Source: Candidatus Bathyarchaeia archaeon
GTDB lineage: Archaea; Thermoproteota; Bathyarchaeia; 40CM-2-53-6
Reading direction: 5' to 3'
Assembly (NCBI GenBank): GCA_049513715.1
Contig: JBEKVV010000005.1
Location: 96,001-160,000 of the forward strand
Length of the DNA stretch: 64,000 bases
Shown here: positions 28,034 through 38,982 of the stretch, in pieces
How positions within the stretch are numbered: the first letter of the stretch is position 1
Layout of the letters: every line of letters begins with the position of its first letter
Notes under the pieces: generated by a model
What the model was told of the DNA's origin: nothing
The model's input: the letters and a program-made list of their open reading frames with translations, nothing else
Databases searched by the model: none
Position numbers and translations under genes: made by a program

Positions 28034-28471
28034 CTACTGTTTCTCTTTCTTGCTGGCATTTTGAATCAGCGTCAGCCACTTGTTTTCGCCTTTGACTTCT
28101 ATGCCTGCCGCTTCTGCTGGTGTCTTGCCATCAAGCGCCATGTGTGGACGGATGTAATTGTGGAACAGTTGGTAGCCCGTCAAGATCGGCGTGTCCTTCT
28201 TCTCTAAGCCTCTCATCACTTTCTCCCTGTCTCTGATTTCCCCGTTCATCCGTTCCATGCGGTTATTATTGAAATCTCCTGCGAGTCTGATGTGGCGTAT
28301 GTGCTCGGTTCGAGTTTCGACCTTCAAAGCGCGGAACTCTTTGTTGTAGGCTTCATGAAAGTTCGCCGCCCCATCAGAAACAAGTGTTTTGGGTTGTTTG
28401 CCAGCGATCTGCTTGGCTAGTTGGAATAGTGGTCTAACATCAGCCGTGTATTTCGTATCCGCTACCTCTTG
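28034..28471 (-). mobile_element. 5'-truncated archaeal IS6-like DDE transposase/integrase
   Basis: LVSDGA, NNNRMERMNGEIRDR, HNYIRPHMALDGKTPAEAAG; N-terminal half missing; no terminal repeats seen. Confidence 0.85.
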
Positions 28472-28663
28472 GCGAGAAGGTTGCTGTCGATGTCGCGGGG
28501 GAAATGGAATATCACTACGACCCGCCAGATGTCTAAGAATGGGCTTGCGCACACGAACTAACATCAACGGCGAACCGGCGTGGGCTCCTAACCTCGTTCA
28601 TTAGGCGGCTGGCTTAATATTCGGTGAACCGTAGATTCTGGCGTCTAGTAGAGGTCGGTTCAG

Positions 28664-29830
28664 TTGACGAAGAGATTCAAGCACATAGACACCAAACTCA
28701 TTCACGCAGGCGAACCAGAACCGCGCATCATGGGGGCTGTGAGTATGCCTATTTTCCAATCGGCCATGTTCGAGTATGCCGGCGAAACCAACTACCACGA
28801 CCTCAAGTACATTCGCTTGAGCAACACGCCGAATCATACTGCCCTTCATGAGAAATTGGCAGCCCTTGAGAATGCTGAAGCGGCGTTGGTCATGGCAAGC
28901 GGTATGGCAGCCATCTCAACGACCTTATTGTCGATTCTTTCTTCAGGCGACCATTTGCTCGTACAAGACTGCCTGTATGGAGGAACGCATGATTTCGTCA
29001 CGAAGGATTTTCGTACATTCGGCATCTCTTACGATTTCATTGACGCAAACAAACCGGAGTCTTGGAAGAAGAAGTTACAGCCAAACACGAAGGCGATTTA
29101 CGTCGAAACGATAACGAATCCTATGATGCAGGTCGCGGACCACAAAGCTGTTGTCGAATTCGCAAAAGCCCACGGGCTGGTAACACTCATCGACAACACT
29201 TTCGCAAGCCCAATCAACTTTCGGCCCCCAGGACATGGCTTCGACCTATCACTCCACAGTTGCACGAAATATCTCAACGGCCATTCCGATATTGTTGCTG
29301 GGGCAGCAATAGGCCGCACGGAATTGATTGATAGAGTGAAGCATAAGCTCGATCACTTGGGTGGCTCACTCGATCCCCATGCCTGTTTTCTCCTGCACCG
29401 AGGGATGAAGACGTTAGCGGTCCGGGTTAGGTATCAGAACGAGAGCGCACTCAAGATCGCAAGATTCCTCGAGGATCATCTGGTGGTTCAACATGTGAAC
29501 TATCCAGGTCTCGAAACCCATCCACAGCACAAGAGGGCTCGCGAGTTGTTTGATGGCTTCGGTGGCATGTTAAGCTTCGAGCTCAAAGGCGGAGCCACAG
29601 CAGCGCACAAGTTCATCAAGAATACAAAGCTGCCAATAATAGCTCCCAGTCTCGGAGGCATAGAAACACTGCTCACCTTGCCGGCTACAACCTCGCACTC
29701 GGGCATGTCGCCAGCAGACCGAAAGGCACTCGGGATCACTGACGGGCTCATCCGCTTGTCGGTTGGGATAGAAGCATCTGATGAGATAATCGAGGATTTC
29801 CAACAGGCCCTAGACGCAGTAGGCCACTGA
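28664..29830 (+). CDS. PLP trans-sulfuration enzyme (methionine gamma-lyase / cystathionine gamma-lyase or synthase)
   Basis: ASGMAAIS, ETITNP, IDNTFASP, HSCTKYLNGHSD, LIRLSVGIE. Confidence 0.93.
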   Translation: MTKRFKHIDTKLIHAGEPEPRIMGAVSMPIFQSAMFEYAGETNYHDLKYIRLSNTPNHTALHEKLAALENAEAALVMASGMAAISTTLLSILSSGDHLLVQDCLYGGTHDFVTKDFRTFGISYDFIDANKPESWKKKLQPNTKAIYVETITNPMMQVADHKAVVEFAKAHGLVTLIDNTFASPINFRPPGHGFDLSLHSCTKYLNGHSDIVAGAAIGRTELIDRVKHKLDHLGGSLDPHACFLLHRGMKTLAVRVRYQNESALKIARFLEDHLVVQHVNYPGLETHPQHKRARELFDGFGGMLSFELKGGATAAHKFIKNTKLPIIAPSLGGIETLLTLPATTSHSGMSPADRKALGITDGLIRLSVGIEASDEIIEDFQQALDAVGH

Positions 29831-29953
29831 TTGGGACTCATTAATGCAGGGAATCCGACCAAGACTTTCGAGAAAAGGCGCATTTATGGAACGTGTCTAC
29901 CTGAAGTGCTCACAACGTTGAGCTCCTTTAGAGACGGCGTATGCGCTGGAGAA

Positions 29954-30157
29954 CTAACTTGTCAGCTTGCGGCCGCACGAACCGCAGTGCTTTGCGTAAT
30001 GCGGGTTTAGTGTGCTGCAGTATGAACACGTGATCGAAAACAGGGAACCGCCGCAGCCATAGCAGAACTTATTGTCCTTTGGGTTCGCATATCCGCACTT
30101 GGGACAATAAACTACTTCAGGTTTCCGGGGGATACGCTCCATTATCGACACGATCAA
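29954..30157 (-). CDS. Double zinc-ribbon protein
   Basis: Four CxxC pairs in 67 aa. Confidence 0.85.
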   Translation of the reverse strand: MIVSIMERIPRKPEVVYCPKCGYANPKDNKFCYGCGGSLFSITCSYCSTLNPHYAKHCGSCGRKLTS

Positions 30158-30175
30158 ATTGGGAGTGGTGTTGGC

Positions 30176-30895
30176 TTATAGAACATTCGATGATTCCGGG
30201 TCGAGAAACGCCTCAACGTCCCTAAAGACCCTGTCAAACATTTTAACAGTCAGTCTGCCAGTTTGTGTGTTTTGGCGGCTGGGGTGGTATGACGCGGAAA
30301 GGACCGGATAGGGCTCCGGCAACCTGTAAAATGCGGCATGGCGAAACTTCAGATCTCTCGTCTCCAACCCCCTTCCCTTAAGAAATCTGACGTAAGTTTC
30401 AAAGGCCACACGTCCCAGCGCCAAGACTACACGCACATGTGAGAGCAACTTCATCTCCTCCGTCCAGTAGCGTTGGCAGGTATCGATTTCTTTTGGCTTC
30501 GGTTTGTTCTTAGGTGGGGCACAGCGCACAATGGCGGTCATGTACGCGTCGCGAAGTTGAAGCCCATCGCTCACACTATGCGATTCAGGTTTGTTCGCGA
30601 AGCCGAACTTGTGCAAAGTCGCCATCAGAAACTGCGCAGACCCATCACCCGTAAACATGCGGCCAGTACGGTTACCTCCATGCGCTGCTGGCGCAAGGCC
30701 CAGAATCACTAACTGCGCTTCGGGGTCACCGAACCCAGGAAGCGGTTTACCCCAATACTCCCAACCCATGAACTGCCTTCGCTTCTTCTCAGCAACTATT
30801 CTGCAGTGGCGCCTAAGGCGCGGACAAAGCTCACATGCTACAGCTCTCTGGTTCAACTCCGTTAGTGTACTGAACGTGGGAAAGTTTCGCGACAA
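30176..30895 (-). CDS. udgB: Uracil-DNA glycosylase family 5 (UdgB-like, Fe-S)
   Basis: CELCPRL, GLAPAAHGGNRTGRMFTGD, RCAPP, YHPSRQN. Confidence 0.92.
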   Translation of the reverse strand: MSRNFPTFSTLTELNQRAVACELCPRLRRHCRIVAEKKRRQFMGWEYWGKPLPGFGDPEAQLVILGLAPAAHGGNRTGRMFTGDGSAQFLMATLHKFGFANKPESHSVSDGLQLRDAYMTAIVRCAPPKNKPKPKEIDTCQRYWTEEMKLLSHVRVVLALGRVAFETYVRFLKGRGLETRDLKFRHAAFYRLPEPYPVLSASYHPSRQNTQTGRLTVKMFDRVFRDVEAFLDPESSNVL

Positions 30896-30992
30896 GAGTT
30901 CTCATTCGTTACAATGTCCCAGATTGCTCGCTGCAAAGAAGCTAGAGCCAAGGGGATGATAATGAAGGGGTTCAGAAAACCCTCTGAGCCAC

Positions 30993-31469
30993 CTAGCTTT
31001 CTCCGGCGACGCTGAACACTTGAGTTAGGCCCTGGTGTTGATTGTCGCCGAGATAGGTCAGCGTTATGGGAAGCCATCCGGTCCAGTTCATTGGAAAGCG
31101 GGCCTCAAAATGGCCCGTTTGGTCAGTGACTGCTGCTTGCGTTCGATAAGCTCCTTGAAGATAATACAACATGTAAACAGTTGCCCCCGCGATCGGGCTT
31201 CCCGAAGCGTCTTGCAGAGATCCCTGCACACCCACTGCCACTCCTTTTTGCACAATTGGAGAAACAGAGGCGAACATTGTTTTCACACCGCTCTTTGACA
31301 ACGGCGTCGTGGGCATTGTGACGAAGTCTGCGGACGGAATCTGGCTGGTCGTGCTTACCGTGGCAAGGGCCCATGCCGAAGCCACAACGACCAACACAAC
31401 CACTAGCAATGGAATTATGGTTTGAAGTCTAAGCTTTCTAGTTGGTTCCGCTTCATTTGAAGTAGCCAT
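30993..31469 (-). CDS. Membrane-anchored Ig-like hypothetical protein
   Basis: N-terminal TM; G.L.D..G.PI.GA.V...TD..G.F pattern. Confidence 0.7.
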   Translation of the reverse strand: MATSNEAEPTRKLRLQTIIPLLVVVLVVVASAWALATVSTTSQIPSADFVTMPTTPLSKSGVKTMFASVSPIVQKGVAVGVQGSLQDASGSPIAGATVYMLYYLQGAYRTQAAVTDQTGHFEARFPMNWTGWLPITLTYLGDNQHQGLTQVFSVAGES

Positions 31470-31698
31470 CTTGTTATGCCTCGGCGGGTTCGAAATTCGA
31501 TTGCAGAACGACGGCAGTGGCAATTAAAGTCTTTCCGGAAGCCCACAAAACCGCAATTCATACGTATAATTCGCTCAATCGCATCTTCCCTCTGCATCGA
31601 CAATTCTCTTTCGCGTGCGTTTGTAGATCGCATTCGCCGAGTTGTAGAACACAAACTTATCTATGACTTGCCGCATGCTCACGACGGAGTTCAAGAGT

Positions 31699-33348
31699 TT
31701 GTCTGAAGCTAACATTCCCGTCCTAATCTTAAGAGAAGGCGCGACTAGGACGCGTGGGAAGGACGCGCAACGGAATAACATTCTAGCCGCCAAGATAATC
31801 ACTGAGACCATCAGAACCACTCTCGGCCCGCGAGGGATGGATAAGATGCTCGTCTCTGGGATGGGTGATGTTGTCATTACGAACGACGGGGCGACTATCA
31901 TGAAGGAGCTTGATGTTCAGCACCCAGCTGCCAAGATGCTGGTTGAGGTCGCTAAAAGCCAAGATGCTGAAGTCGGTGACGGAACAACAACCGCCGTCGT
32001 ACTTGCTGGGGAATTGTTGACGAAAGCGGAGAAGCTTCTTGACCAAGAAGTTCACCCCACTGTCATTGTTGAAGGTTACAAGAAAGCATCGGAGAAGGCG
32101 CTGGAGATTCTCCAAAGTCTTGCAATAGACATGCAGCCCGACGACGAAAAACAACTCATGCAAGTCGCGATGACATCCCTGGAAACTAAGTCGGCTGCAG
32201 AGTCCCGGGACCACTTTGCCAAACTCGCTGTGAAAGCTGTAAAACAAATCGCTGACAATCGCGACGGAAAAGTCACAGCGGATATTGACAGAGTCAAAGT
32301 GCTGAAGAAGAAGGGCGAAAGCATGGAACAAAGTGAACTTGTTCGCGGGATCGTCGTGGATAAGGAAGTCTCACATCCGCAAATGCCCAAGCAAGTCAAG
32401 AACGCTAAGATCGCATTGCTAAACGCAAAAGTTGAGATTGAGAAGACCGAGTTCGATGCAAAGATCAATATCAACTCCCCGGATCAGATGAAACGTTTCC
32501 TAGATGAAGAAGAAAATATGCTCCGAGAGATGACGGATAAGATCAACAGGAGCGGGGCAAATGTGATTTTCTGCGAGAAAGGCATAGACGACCTTGCCCT
32601 ACACTTCCTTTCAAAGAAGAACATCATGGCCGTGAAGAATATCAGCAGCGGCGACATGGAGAAACTGGCAAAGGCCACGGGGGGCGCAATCTTAGCTAGC
32701 ACAAAGGACATGGCTGCAGAAGCCTTGGGTGAAGCGAAACTGGTCGAAGAGATCAAGATCGGAGACGATAAACTCGTCTACGTGCGCGACTGCAAAGACC
32801 CCCGTGCCGTCACAGTCGTCATTCGAGGCGGCTCCGAGCACGTCGTTGACGAAGCCGAGAGGTCATTCCATGATGCCCTTTGCGTGGTCAGAAACGCTGT
32901 TGAGGACCACAAGGTCGTGGCGGGTGGAGGAGCACCTGAAGCTGAAACAGCGAAGCAACTCCGCGACTACGCCGTAAAGGTTGGCGGTCGTGAACAATTA
33001 GCTATAGAAGCCTACGCTGAAGCACTGGAAGCGATCCCGCTCACCATCGCTGAAAATGCCGGACTCGACCCAATTGACATAATGGTCGAACTCAGGTCGA
33101 AACATGCGGAGCCAGGGAACAAGTGGTACGGAGTACAAGTGAAGACAGGGAAGATCGCCGATATGCTTGCTGATGAGGTAATTGAACCACTAAGGGTGAA
33201 ACTGCAGGTTATCAAGTCAGCCACTGAAGCGGCGAGTATGCTCCTAAGAATAGATGATGTTGTATCCTCCAAAGGCTCGAAAGAGAGCGGACCGCCCGGT
33301 GGTGGAATGCCCGGAGGCATGCCAGGCGGTATGCCGGGCATGATGTAA
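31699..33348 (+). CDS. ths: Thermosome subunit (group II chaperonin)
   Basis: [25 protein letters not shown]-terminal GGM repeats; start moved to TTG 31699. Confidence 0.97.
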   Translation: MSEANIPVLILREGATRTRGKDAQRNNILAAKIITETIRTTLGPRGMDKMLVSGMGDVVITNDGATIMKELDVQHPAAKMLVEVAKSQDAEVGDGTTTAVVLAGELLTKAEKLLDQEVHPTVIVEGYKKASEKALEILQSLAIDMQPDDEKQLMQVAMTSLETKSAAESRDHFAKLAVKAVKQIADNRDGKVTADIDRVKVLKKKGESMEQSELVRGIVVDKEVSHPQMPKQVKNAKIALLNAKVEIEKTEFDAKININSPDQMKRFLDEEENMLREMTDKINRSGANVIFCEKGIDDLALHFLSKKNIMAVKNISSGDMEKLAKATGGAILASTKDMAAEALGEAKLVEEIKIGDDKLVYVRDCKDPRAVTVVIRGGSEHVVDEAERSFHDALCVVRNAVEDHKVVAGGGAPEAETAKQLRDYAVKVGGREQLAIEAYAEALEAIPLTIAENAGLDPIDIMVELRSKHAEPGNKWYGVQVKTGKIADMLADEVIEPLRVKLQVIKSATEAASMLLRIDDVVSSKGSKESGPPGGGMPGGMPGGMPGMM

Positions 33349-33425
33349 GCGACCTGCATCTACCCCGGAATGAATGTGGCCAAATCGCACAAACCTCAAA
33401 TTCTCAAACCTTTACACTGGCCAGT

Positions 33426-33815
33426 GTGAGCGAGATGGCTTCGAAGCTCACTCCAAACGCCATCCGACTAATTGAAGGAAACAACCTCGGCTTTCTGGCG
33501 ACCCTATTGCCCGACGGGTCGCCCCATGTTACACCCGTGTGGGTTGATCACGAAGGCGACATTGTCCTTGTCAACACTTCTGTCGGCCGAGTGAAGCAAA
33601 GGAACATTGAAAGAGACCCACGTGTCATGATTGCCATTGCGGATTCAAAGAACCCGTACGACCGTGTAATAATCCGGGGCCGGGTTCAGCAAACTTACGA
33701 GGAAGCGCATATCGATAAGCTTGCGAACAAGTACACTGGCGCAAAGAAGTATCAACGGTCATCCCCCACGGAGAAACGCGTGATCCTCAAAATAGAACCG
33801 CAGAAGATCTCGTAA
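33426..33815 (+). CDS. PPOX-class (F420-dependent) oxidoreductase
   Basis: LATLLPDGSPHVTPVW, KQRNIERDPRV, IDKLANKY. Confidence 0.9.
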   Translation: MSEMASKLTPNAIRLIEGNNLGFLATLLPDGSPHVTPVWVDHEGDIVLVNTSVGRVKQRNIERDPRVMIAIADSKNPYDRVIIRGRVQQTYEEAHIDKLANKYTGAKKYQRSSPTEKRVILKIEPQKIS

Positions 33816-33830
33816 GACCAGCAGACTCAC

Positions 33831-35018
33831 TTGAGGGTTCGACAAAACAATCGGACGGTAGGTTTCTCATTGTCTAAGGATTCTCGTTGGGGCTCCTCCC
33901 TCGACATTTTGCGAAAGCTGACGGAGTTTCCCACATACGAAGTGTCGGGAATGCGCAGCTGCGCTGAGTTTCTAGCCGGAGAACTAGAGGATCTGGGCTT
34001 CAGTTCCAAGCTGGATAAGTTGAATAGTGTCTACGCTGAGAAAACTTTTGAGGATGGCGAGGGGACTTTTCTAATCAATACGCACTTCGATACTGTTTCA
34101 TCTTCACAGAGATGGGTTAGGGACCCACTGCGTGCTTCCCTAGAAGGCGGTCGACTTTACGGCCTCGGTACTGCCGACGCCAAGGGCGGAATCGCCGCGA
34201 CGCTATATGCAATGGCTAGAATGAAGAACTGCAGGTTTCGGAAGCTTGAGGTACTTTTCTCGAACTACGAAGACAATAGCATAACTATAGATGGTGAAAC
34301 GTGGCTAGGAACTCCATATTTTCTGGTGCATAATCCGCTGAAGGCGGATGGAGGAATCAACGTGGAGGGAACCGTGAAGGGCGATAAGTTCATGGTGTCC
34401 CTTGGGTGCGGGGGCAGGGTGGGTTTCACCGTGACCACACTTGGGAGGGAAGCTCATTCCTCAGACCCACGCTTAGGCAGGAACGCGATCTACGACATGG
34501 TGAAAGTCATCGAGGCGCTTAGACGCGTCCCGCCCGCAAGGATGACTCTCGACGACCACGAAGCGTACACTGAACTCAATGTGAGCGTAATCAATGGTGG
34601 CACAGCAATCAACATAGTCCCAGGCGAGTGCAGAATAATATGTGAACGACGTGTTCTACCAAATGAAAGCTGGGACGAGGTGAAGAAAGAAGTAGACCAG
34701 GCTTTGTCCACAGTGCAAGGAGTCCACGTCAAGGTGGAGTTCAATAAACCTCAAAGGGCGTACCTTCTGGACCGGAAACACCCAACAGTGACTCTTGCAG
34801 TCGATAGCACGCTGAAAGCTGTGGGCTACAAACCCCAATTCAGGGTTGAGGCGGGGCGAACAGATTCAACTTACATCGATCAATTGGCGGGAATCAAAAC
34901 CGTAATACTAGGACCTGGGGAAACCGAAAACGAGCATGCACCAGACGAGTTCATCAACGTCAAACGTCTCGAAGAGTTCACTGAAATAATGTACCACATG
35001 CTTTCTAAACCGAACTGA
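33831..35018 (+). CDS. M20 metallopeptidase/deacylase (ArgE/DapE-like); start uncertain
   Basis: NTHFDTV, GLGTADAKGG, GREAHSS, EHAPDE. Confidence 0.9.
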   Translation: MRVRQNNRTVGFSLSKDSRWGSSLDILRKLTEFPTYEVSGMRSCAEFLAGELEDLGFSSKLDKLNSVYAEKTFEDGEGTFLINTHFDTVSSSQRWVRDPLRASLEGGRLYGLGTADAKGGIAATLYAMARMKNCRFRKLEVLFSNYEDNSITIDGETWLGTPYFLVHNPLKADGGINVEGTVKGDKFMVSLGCGGRVGFTVTTLGREAHSSDPRLGRNAIYDMVKVIEALRRVPPARMTLDDHEAYTELNVSVINGGTAINIVPGECRIICERRVLPNESWDEVKKEVDQALSTVQGVHVKVEFNKPQRAYLLDRKHPTVTLAVDSTLKAVGYKPQFRVEAGRTDSTYIDQLAGIKTVILGPGETENEHAPDEFINVKRLEEFTEIMYHMLSKPN

Positions 35019-35094
35019 TCAACTCAAATCAGAAGAGATTGAAGACCGAGCCTTAACATCCACGGCGCGCTCTGCTAAGCTTTTGCTCTCACGA

Positions 35095-36990
35095 TTAGAG
35101 TCTGGAGATTGATTTTTTGTGACCAGTATTCCTTTTTCGAGCACTTCGAGCGAGTTGTAATGTGGAGACAAGAAGAGTTAGGAGTATGACCTGAATTCCC
35201 ATTGGGAACTCTGGGACGGCCACGGTTGACTGAAGCGTTCTAGTGGCTCCGTCGAGGGCACTTAACCAATTGGAGCCCAAGTCAGTGACATAGATTTCAT
35301 TCTTGGCTAGGTTTAGGGCGACACCGAAGGGAGTGTATCCCGTTGGAATATCGCCTGCCAATTCGCCTGTTATGCCATCGAATATGAAGATAGCATTGGC
35401 TTGTGCGTTTGCCACGTAGACCGACCCATCGAGCGGGCTGACAGCAATCCCATTCATGGCATACCCAACTGGGATACGACCAATAATGCTTCCACCTGAA
35501 CCGTCAATGATGAGGATCGAGTATGTCCCAATCCCTGTCACGTAAATTCTGTTGGTTGTTGGGTCAACCGCGATCCCCACAGGCATGAAGCTGATAGGGA
35601 TGGTTTGGACCACAAGATTACTTGAACCGTCAATTACCGAAACTGAGTACCCCCCCAAGTTGGCCACGTACACCATGTTTGTGATGGGATTGACTGCAAC
35701 TGCTGAGGGAAATTTCAGTGTTACGTTCCCGATTATCGTATCTGTTGAGGTGTCGATGACGTACAACGTGTTTGAAGCAAGGTCTGTGACATACAATCTG
35801 CTCGAATTTGAGTTCACTGCCACCCCAAACGAAGTATACCCTACAGGAATTGCTCCGAGCAGGACCTTGTCGGTTTCGTCTACCACGAGAACTGAATGAC
35901 TCTGAACGTGCGTAACGTAGACCACGTTGAGGTGTGAATCAAAAGCTACTCCGGATGGAGGTTTGCTGACTGAGATGTGGTCCAAGACCGCATCATTGGA
36001 ACCATCTATGACCAAGAGCGAGTACGCTCCGGCATCGGTAACATATATCCGGTTGGTGTTCGGGTTGGTTTCCACACCGTAAGGTGAAAATTGCCCGCTG
36101 ATTGTAGCTACGATAGTGTTGGTCGACCCGTCGATAACGCTAATTGAATTGGACTGAAAGTTGGCGACGTAGATCTTGTCGGTTACAGGGTTCACAGCCA
36201 AACCAATCGGAAAATAACCCACATTCACATCCGCCATAACTTGGTTCGTTGATCCATCGATTGCGAAAACAGCGTTTCTTCCGACACTCGTAACGTAAAC
36301 CATACCGGTCTGTTGGTCAACGGTCACGCCCCAAGGGAATGGTACGGATACTACACCAGAAACAGCGTTTGATGAACCATTGATGACAGACAATGTATCA
36401 GACCCGAGGTTTGCTACATACACAGTGTCGGTTTTTGCGTTGACCGCAACGCCGAATGGATTAAGGCCGACGTGCAGCGTGGCAACAACCTGATTGCTCG
36501 AACCGTCAATTACTGATACAGAGTTCGACTGGAGGTTAGAAACGTATATGCGGTTAGTTGTTGGGTTTACCGCAACACCAGATGGCAAATTGCCAACGAG
36601 AATCGTCGCGACCAGACTATCGGTCGACCCGTCTACTACCGAAGTCGAATTCGAACCTAGATTGGTGACATAGATCATGTTCGATGTGGGATTTACCGCG
36701 ACGCCCGCTGGGATGCTGCCCACTTGTACGCTGTCAAGCTCTGTGTCAGTAGGTCCGTCGAATGCGTAGAGGGACTGCGTCCACCCGTTTGCTACGTATA
36801 CTCTGTTTGTTATAGGATTCACTGCGACCCCGTAGGTATTGGGGTTGACAGCGACACTTGACGGACCTGCAGCAGGCGCGAGCGCCGTTCCACTAATAGG
36901 TGACGCAAGAGTGCTAGGTATTTGACCGAGGGTTGTTAAGGCGAGTATGGCAACGATCACGATGACGAGTTGCAAGGTTCGCACGTTCAA
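35095..36990 (-). CDS. YVTN/YncE beta-propeller surface protein with PEF-CTERM
   Basis: Signal peptide; 13 full GVAVNP..N.IYV.N repeats; VPEFP, TM, basic tail. Confidence 0.92.
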   Translation of the reverse strand: MNVRTLQLVIVIVAILALTTLGQIPSTLASPISGTALAPAAGPSSVAVNPNTYGVAVNPITNRVYVANGWTQSLYAFDGPTDTELDSVQVGSIPAGVAVNPTSNMIYVTNLGSNSTSVVDGSTDSLVATILVGNLPSGVAVNPTTNRIYVSNLQSNSVSVIDGSSNQVVATLHVGLNPFGVAVNAKTDTVYVANLGSDTLSVINGSSNAVSGVVSVPFPWGVTVDQQTGMVYVTSVGRNAVFAIDGSTNQVMADVNVGYFPIGLAVNPVTDKIYVANFQSNSISVIDGSTNTIVATISGQFSPYGVETNPNTNRIYVTDAGAYSLLVIDGSNDAVLDHISVSKPPSGVAFDSHLNVVYVTHVQSHSVLVVDETDKVLLGAIPVGYTSFGVAVNSNSSRLYVTDLASNTLYVIDTSTDTIIGNVTLKFPSAVAVNPITNMVYVANLGGYSVSVIDGSSNLVVQTIPISFMPVGIAVDPTTNRIYVTGIGTYSILIIDGSGGSIIGRIPVGYAMNGIAVSPLDGSVYVANAQANAIFIFDGITGELAGDIPTGYTPFGVALNLAKNEIYVTDLGSNWLSALDGATRTLQSTVAVPEFPMGIQVILLTLLVSTLQLARSARKRNTGHKKSISRL

Positions 36991-37005
36991 CTCACATCAT
37001 CTGCG

Positions 37006-38610
37006 CTAATTCACAATCCATATGGATTGTTCTCGCATAAATTGTGGTATGTAGTTTGGGCCAAGCGCACTCTTGCCTGTGGAGCCGCTGCCTTTCCATC
37101 CACCGAACGAGTTTACGCCAGGCCAGGCACCAGTTGTAGCTCCGGCGCGGCGGTTTGAGTAGGTTACTCCTGCTTGGATGTGGTCGAAGAAGTATTGCCT
37201 TTCATCCTTGTTTCTCGTGTAAATTCCCGCGCATAAGCCGTACTCGCTATCGTTTGCGAGTTTCATTGATTCCTCGAATGAGTCTACTCCTGCTACGACG
37301 AGGAAAGGGACGAAGAGCTCTTCCCTGAAGATTCTGTGAGTGACGGGAAGGCCGTCGACGATGGCGGGTTCAACAAAGTAGCCTTTCGAAAACTCGCCGG
37401 TGGTCAGTGCGTTTCCACCACAGACGAATTTGCCACCATCACGCCTCGCTTCGTCTGCTGCTTGGGTGTATGTTTCGACAGCTCCTTTGTTGACTAATGG
37501 GCCGAGGGAAACTTCTTTCCTGGTTGGGTCGCCAACTTTCACACATTTCTCAGTATATGCTTTCAGGGCGACCAGAAACTTGTCTTTTACACGGTTGTCC
37601 ACATAGACCCGCGAGCATGCGCTACACTTCTGCCCCCCAAACCCGAACGCGGCCCGCACTATTCCTTCGGCAGCCTCGTCGAGGTCGGCGCTGCTGGTTA
37701 CGATGGCCGGGTTCTTGCCACCCATCTCCGTAATCACTGGTTTCGGAAAATCCCTGGCGAACCGATGGTAGAGATCCATGCCGACAGCTTTAGACCCTGT
37801 GAAAATCAACCCATCAACATCTTTGTTCTCCTGCAACTCCGCGCCAACGGTTCCACCGGGGCCTGTGATAAAATTGAGGACCCCACGGGGTATCCCAGCG
37901 TCGATGTAAGCACGAGCCAATTCATAGCCTAAAACTGGCGATTCACTTGAAGGTTTGAAGACGACTGTGTTCCCAGCGACTAATGCGCCTGCGGTCATTC
38001 CCGCGGCCAGCGCGAATGGGAAGTTCCATGGCGCAATTACTGCCCAAACACCATAAGGCCTCAACACACTGAATGTTTCCTGCTTGGGGCCCGGTGATTC
38101 GAGCACAAGAACGAAACCTTTGTTTTGCTCAATTTGCTCGCAGTAATACCGAATGAGCTCTGCCCCTTCGTTGACTTCCGCCAATGCTTCGGAGCGATTC
38201 TTTCCTACCTCAAAAGCCATCCATGCACACAATTCGTAACGTCGGTTGATAATTAAGTCGGCTGCTTTGCGCAGTATGTGCACCCGTTCCTTGTACGATG
38301 TTGCGCTCCATGCCCGAAAAGAATCACGTGCTGCCGTGACCGCTGACTTGGCGTCCTCGCGGGTTCCCTTTGGAAAGTGACTAACGATAATCGCTGTGTC
38401 CACCGGGCTTGGATGCGACATTGATTCTCCCGTCGAAGCCCATTTCTCACCGTTGACATACATCGGAAACCGATTACCAAGCTTCGTTCGCACATCCTTT
38501 ACGGCCAAGTCGTAGGCTTGATCATCCTTCGGCGTTATCGTCATCGTCGCATAGGTGATACGAGGACCCTTAGACGTCTTCTTGCCAGCTCGTTTTGATG
38601 GAACCAACAA
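37006..38610 (-). CDS. Aldehyde dehydrogenase, delta-1-pyrroline-5-carboxylate dehydrogenase (RocA/PruA)-like
   Basis: PWNFP, FTGS, EMGGKN, GQKCSACSR, NRRAGATTGA, FGGWKGSG. Confidence 0.8.
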   Translation of the reverse strand: MLVPSKRAGKKTSKGPRITYATMTITPKDDQAYDLAVKDVRTKLGNRFPMYVNGEKWASTGESMSHPSPVDTAIIVSHFPKGTREDAKSAVTAARDSFRAWSATSYKERVHILRKAADLIINRRYELCAWMAFEVGKNRSEALAEVNEGAELIRYYCEQIEQNKGFVLVLESPGPKQETFSVLRPYGVWAVIAPWNFPFALAAGMTAGALVAGNTVVFKPSSESPVLGYELARAYIDAGIPRGVLNFITGPGGTVGAELQENKDVDGLIFTGSKAVGMDLYHRFARDFPKPVITEMGGKNPAIVTSSADLDEAAEGIVRAAFGFGGQKCSACSRVYVDNRVKDKFLVALKAYTEKCVKVGDPTRKEVSLGPLVNKGAVETYTQAADEARRDGGKFVCGGNALTTGEFSKGYFVEPAIVDGLPVTHRIFREELFVPFLVVAGVDSFEESMKLANDSEYGLCAGIYTRNKDERQYFFDHIQAGVTYSNRRAGATTGAWPGVNSFGGWKGSGSTGKSALGPNYIPQFMREQSIWIVN

Positions 38611-38751
38611 TCGTGCCTCTAAGAAAGCCGCGTGTCCCCATATGTATTTCAGTGTTATGCACTGCCTTCACCAACAGTTACACTGCTCGCGAGCAAACCC
38701 AAAAGAAGATTTACATTCACAAACCAATCACTAAGTACACAGGAGTATCAA

Positions 38752-38928
38752 ATGTCGACTGTTGGCGAACCCGAGAAAGGTAAGTGGAGATTCTCACATG
38801 TTAGTTTCTACACTGAGAGTGTCTGCGAGACCTTCACAGATGATAAGGGTAAAGATCACTATCGATGGCAATACCCAGATGGGAAAATGGAGTACATCTG
38901 TGTATGCCACAGATTCCTGAACAGATAG
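38752..38928 (+). CDS. 58-aa hypothetical protein
   Basis: AGGAG RBS before ATG 38752; MSTVGEPEKGKWRF...ICVCHRFLNR. Confidence 0.55.
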   Translation: MSTVGEPEKGKWRFSHVSFYTESVCETFTDDKGKDHYRWQYPDGKMEYICVCHRFLNR

Positions 38929-38982
38929 ATGGCTGCGGTAGAAGTGCAAAAATGGAAAAGGGGAACGCCCAAGAATGCGTAC

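Noticed and set aside
28546..28557. TGCGCACACGAA as a fourth hairpin-repeat copy
   Set aside because: Only a short partial match with no left arm; may be chance.
31480..31510. tRNA (GGGTTCGAA T-loop-like)
   Set aside because: No acceptor, D or anticodon arms can be built.
33298..33345. Tandem DNA repeat
   Set aside because: Encodes the ordinary GGM tail of the thermosome.
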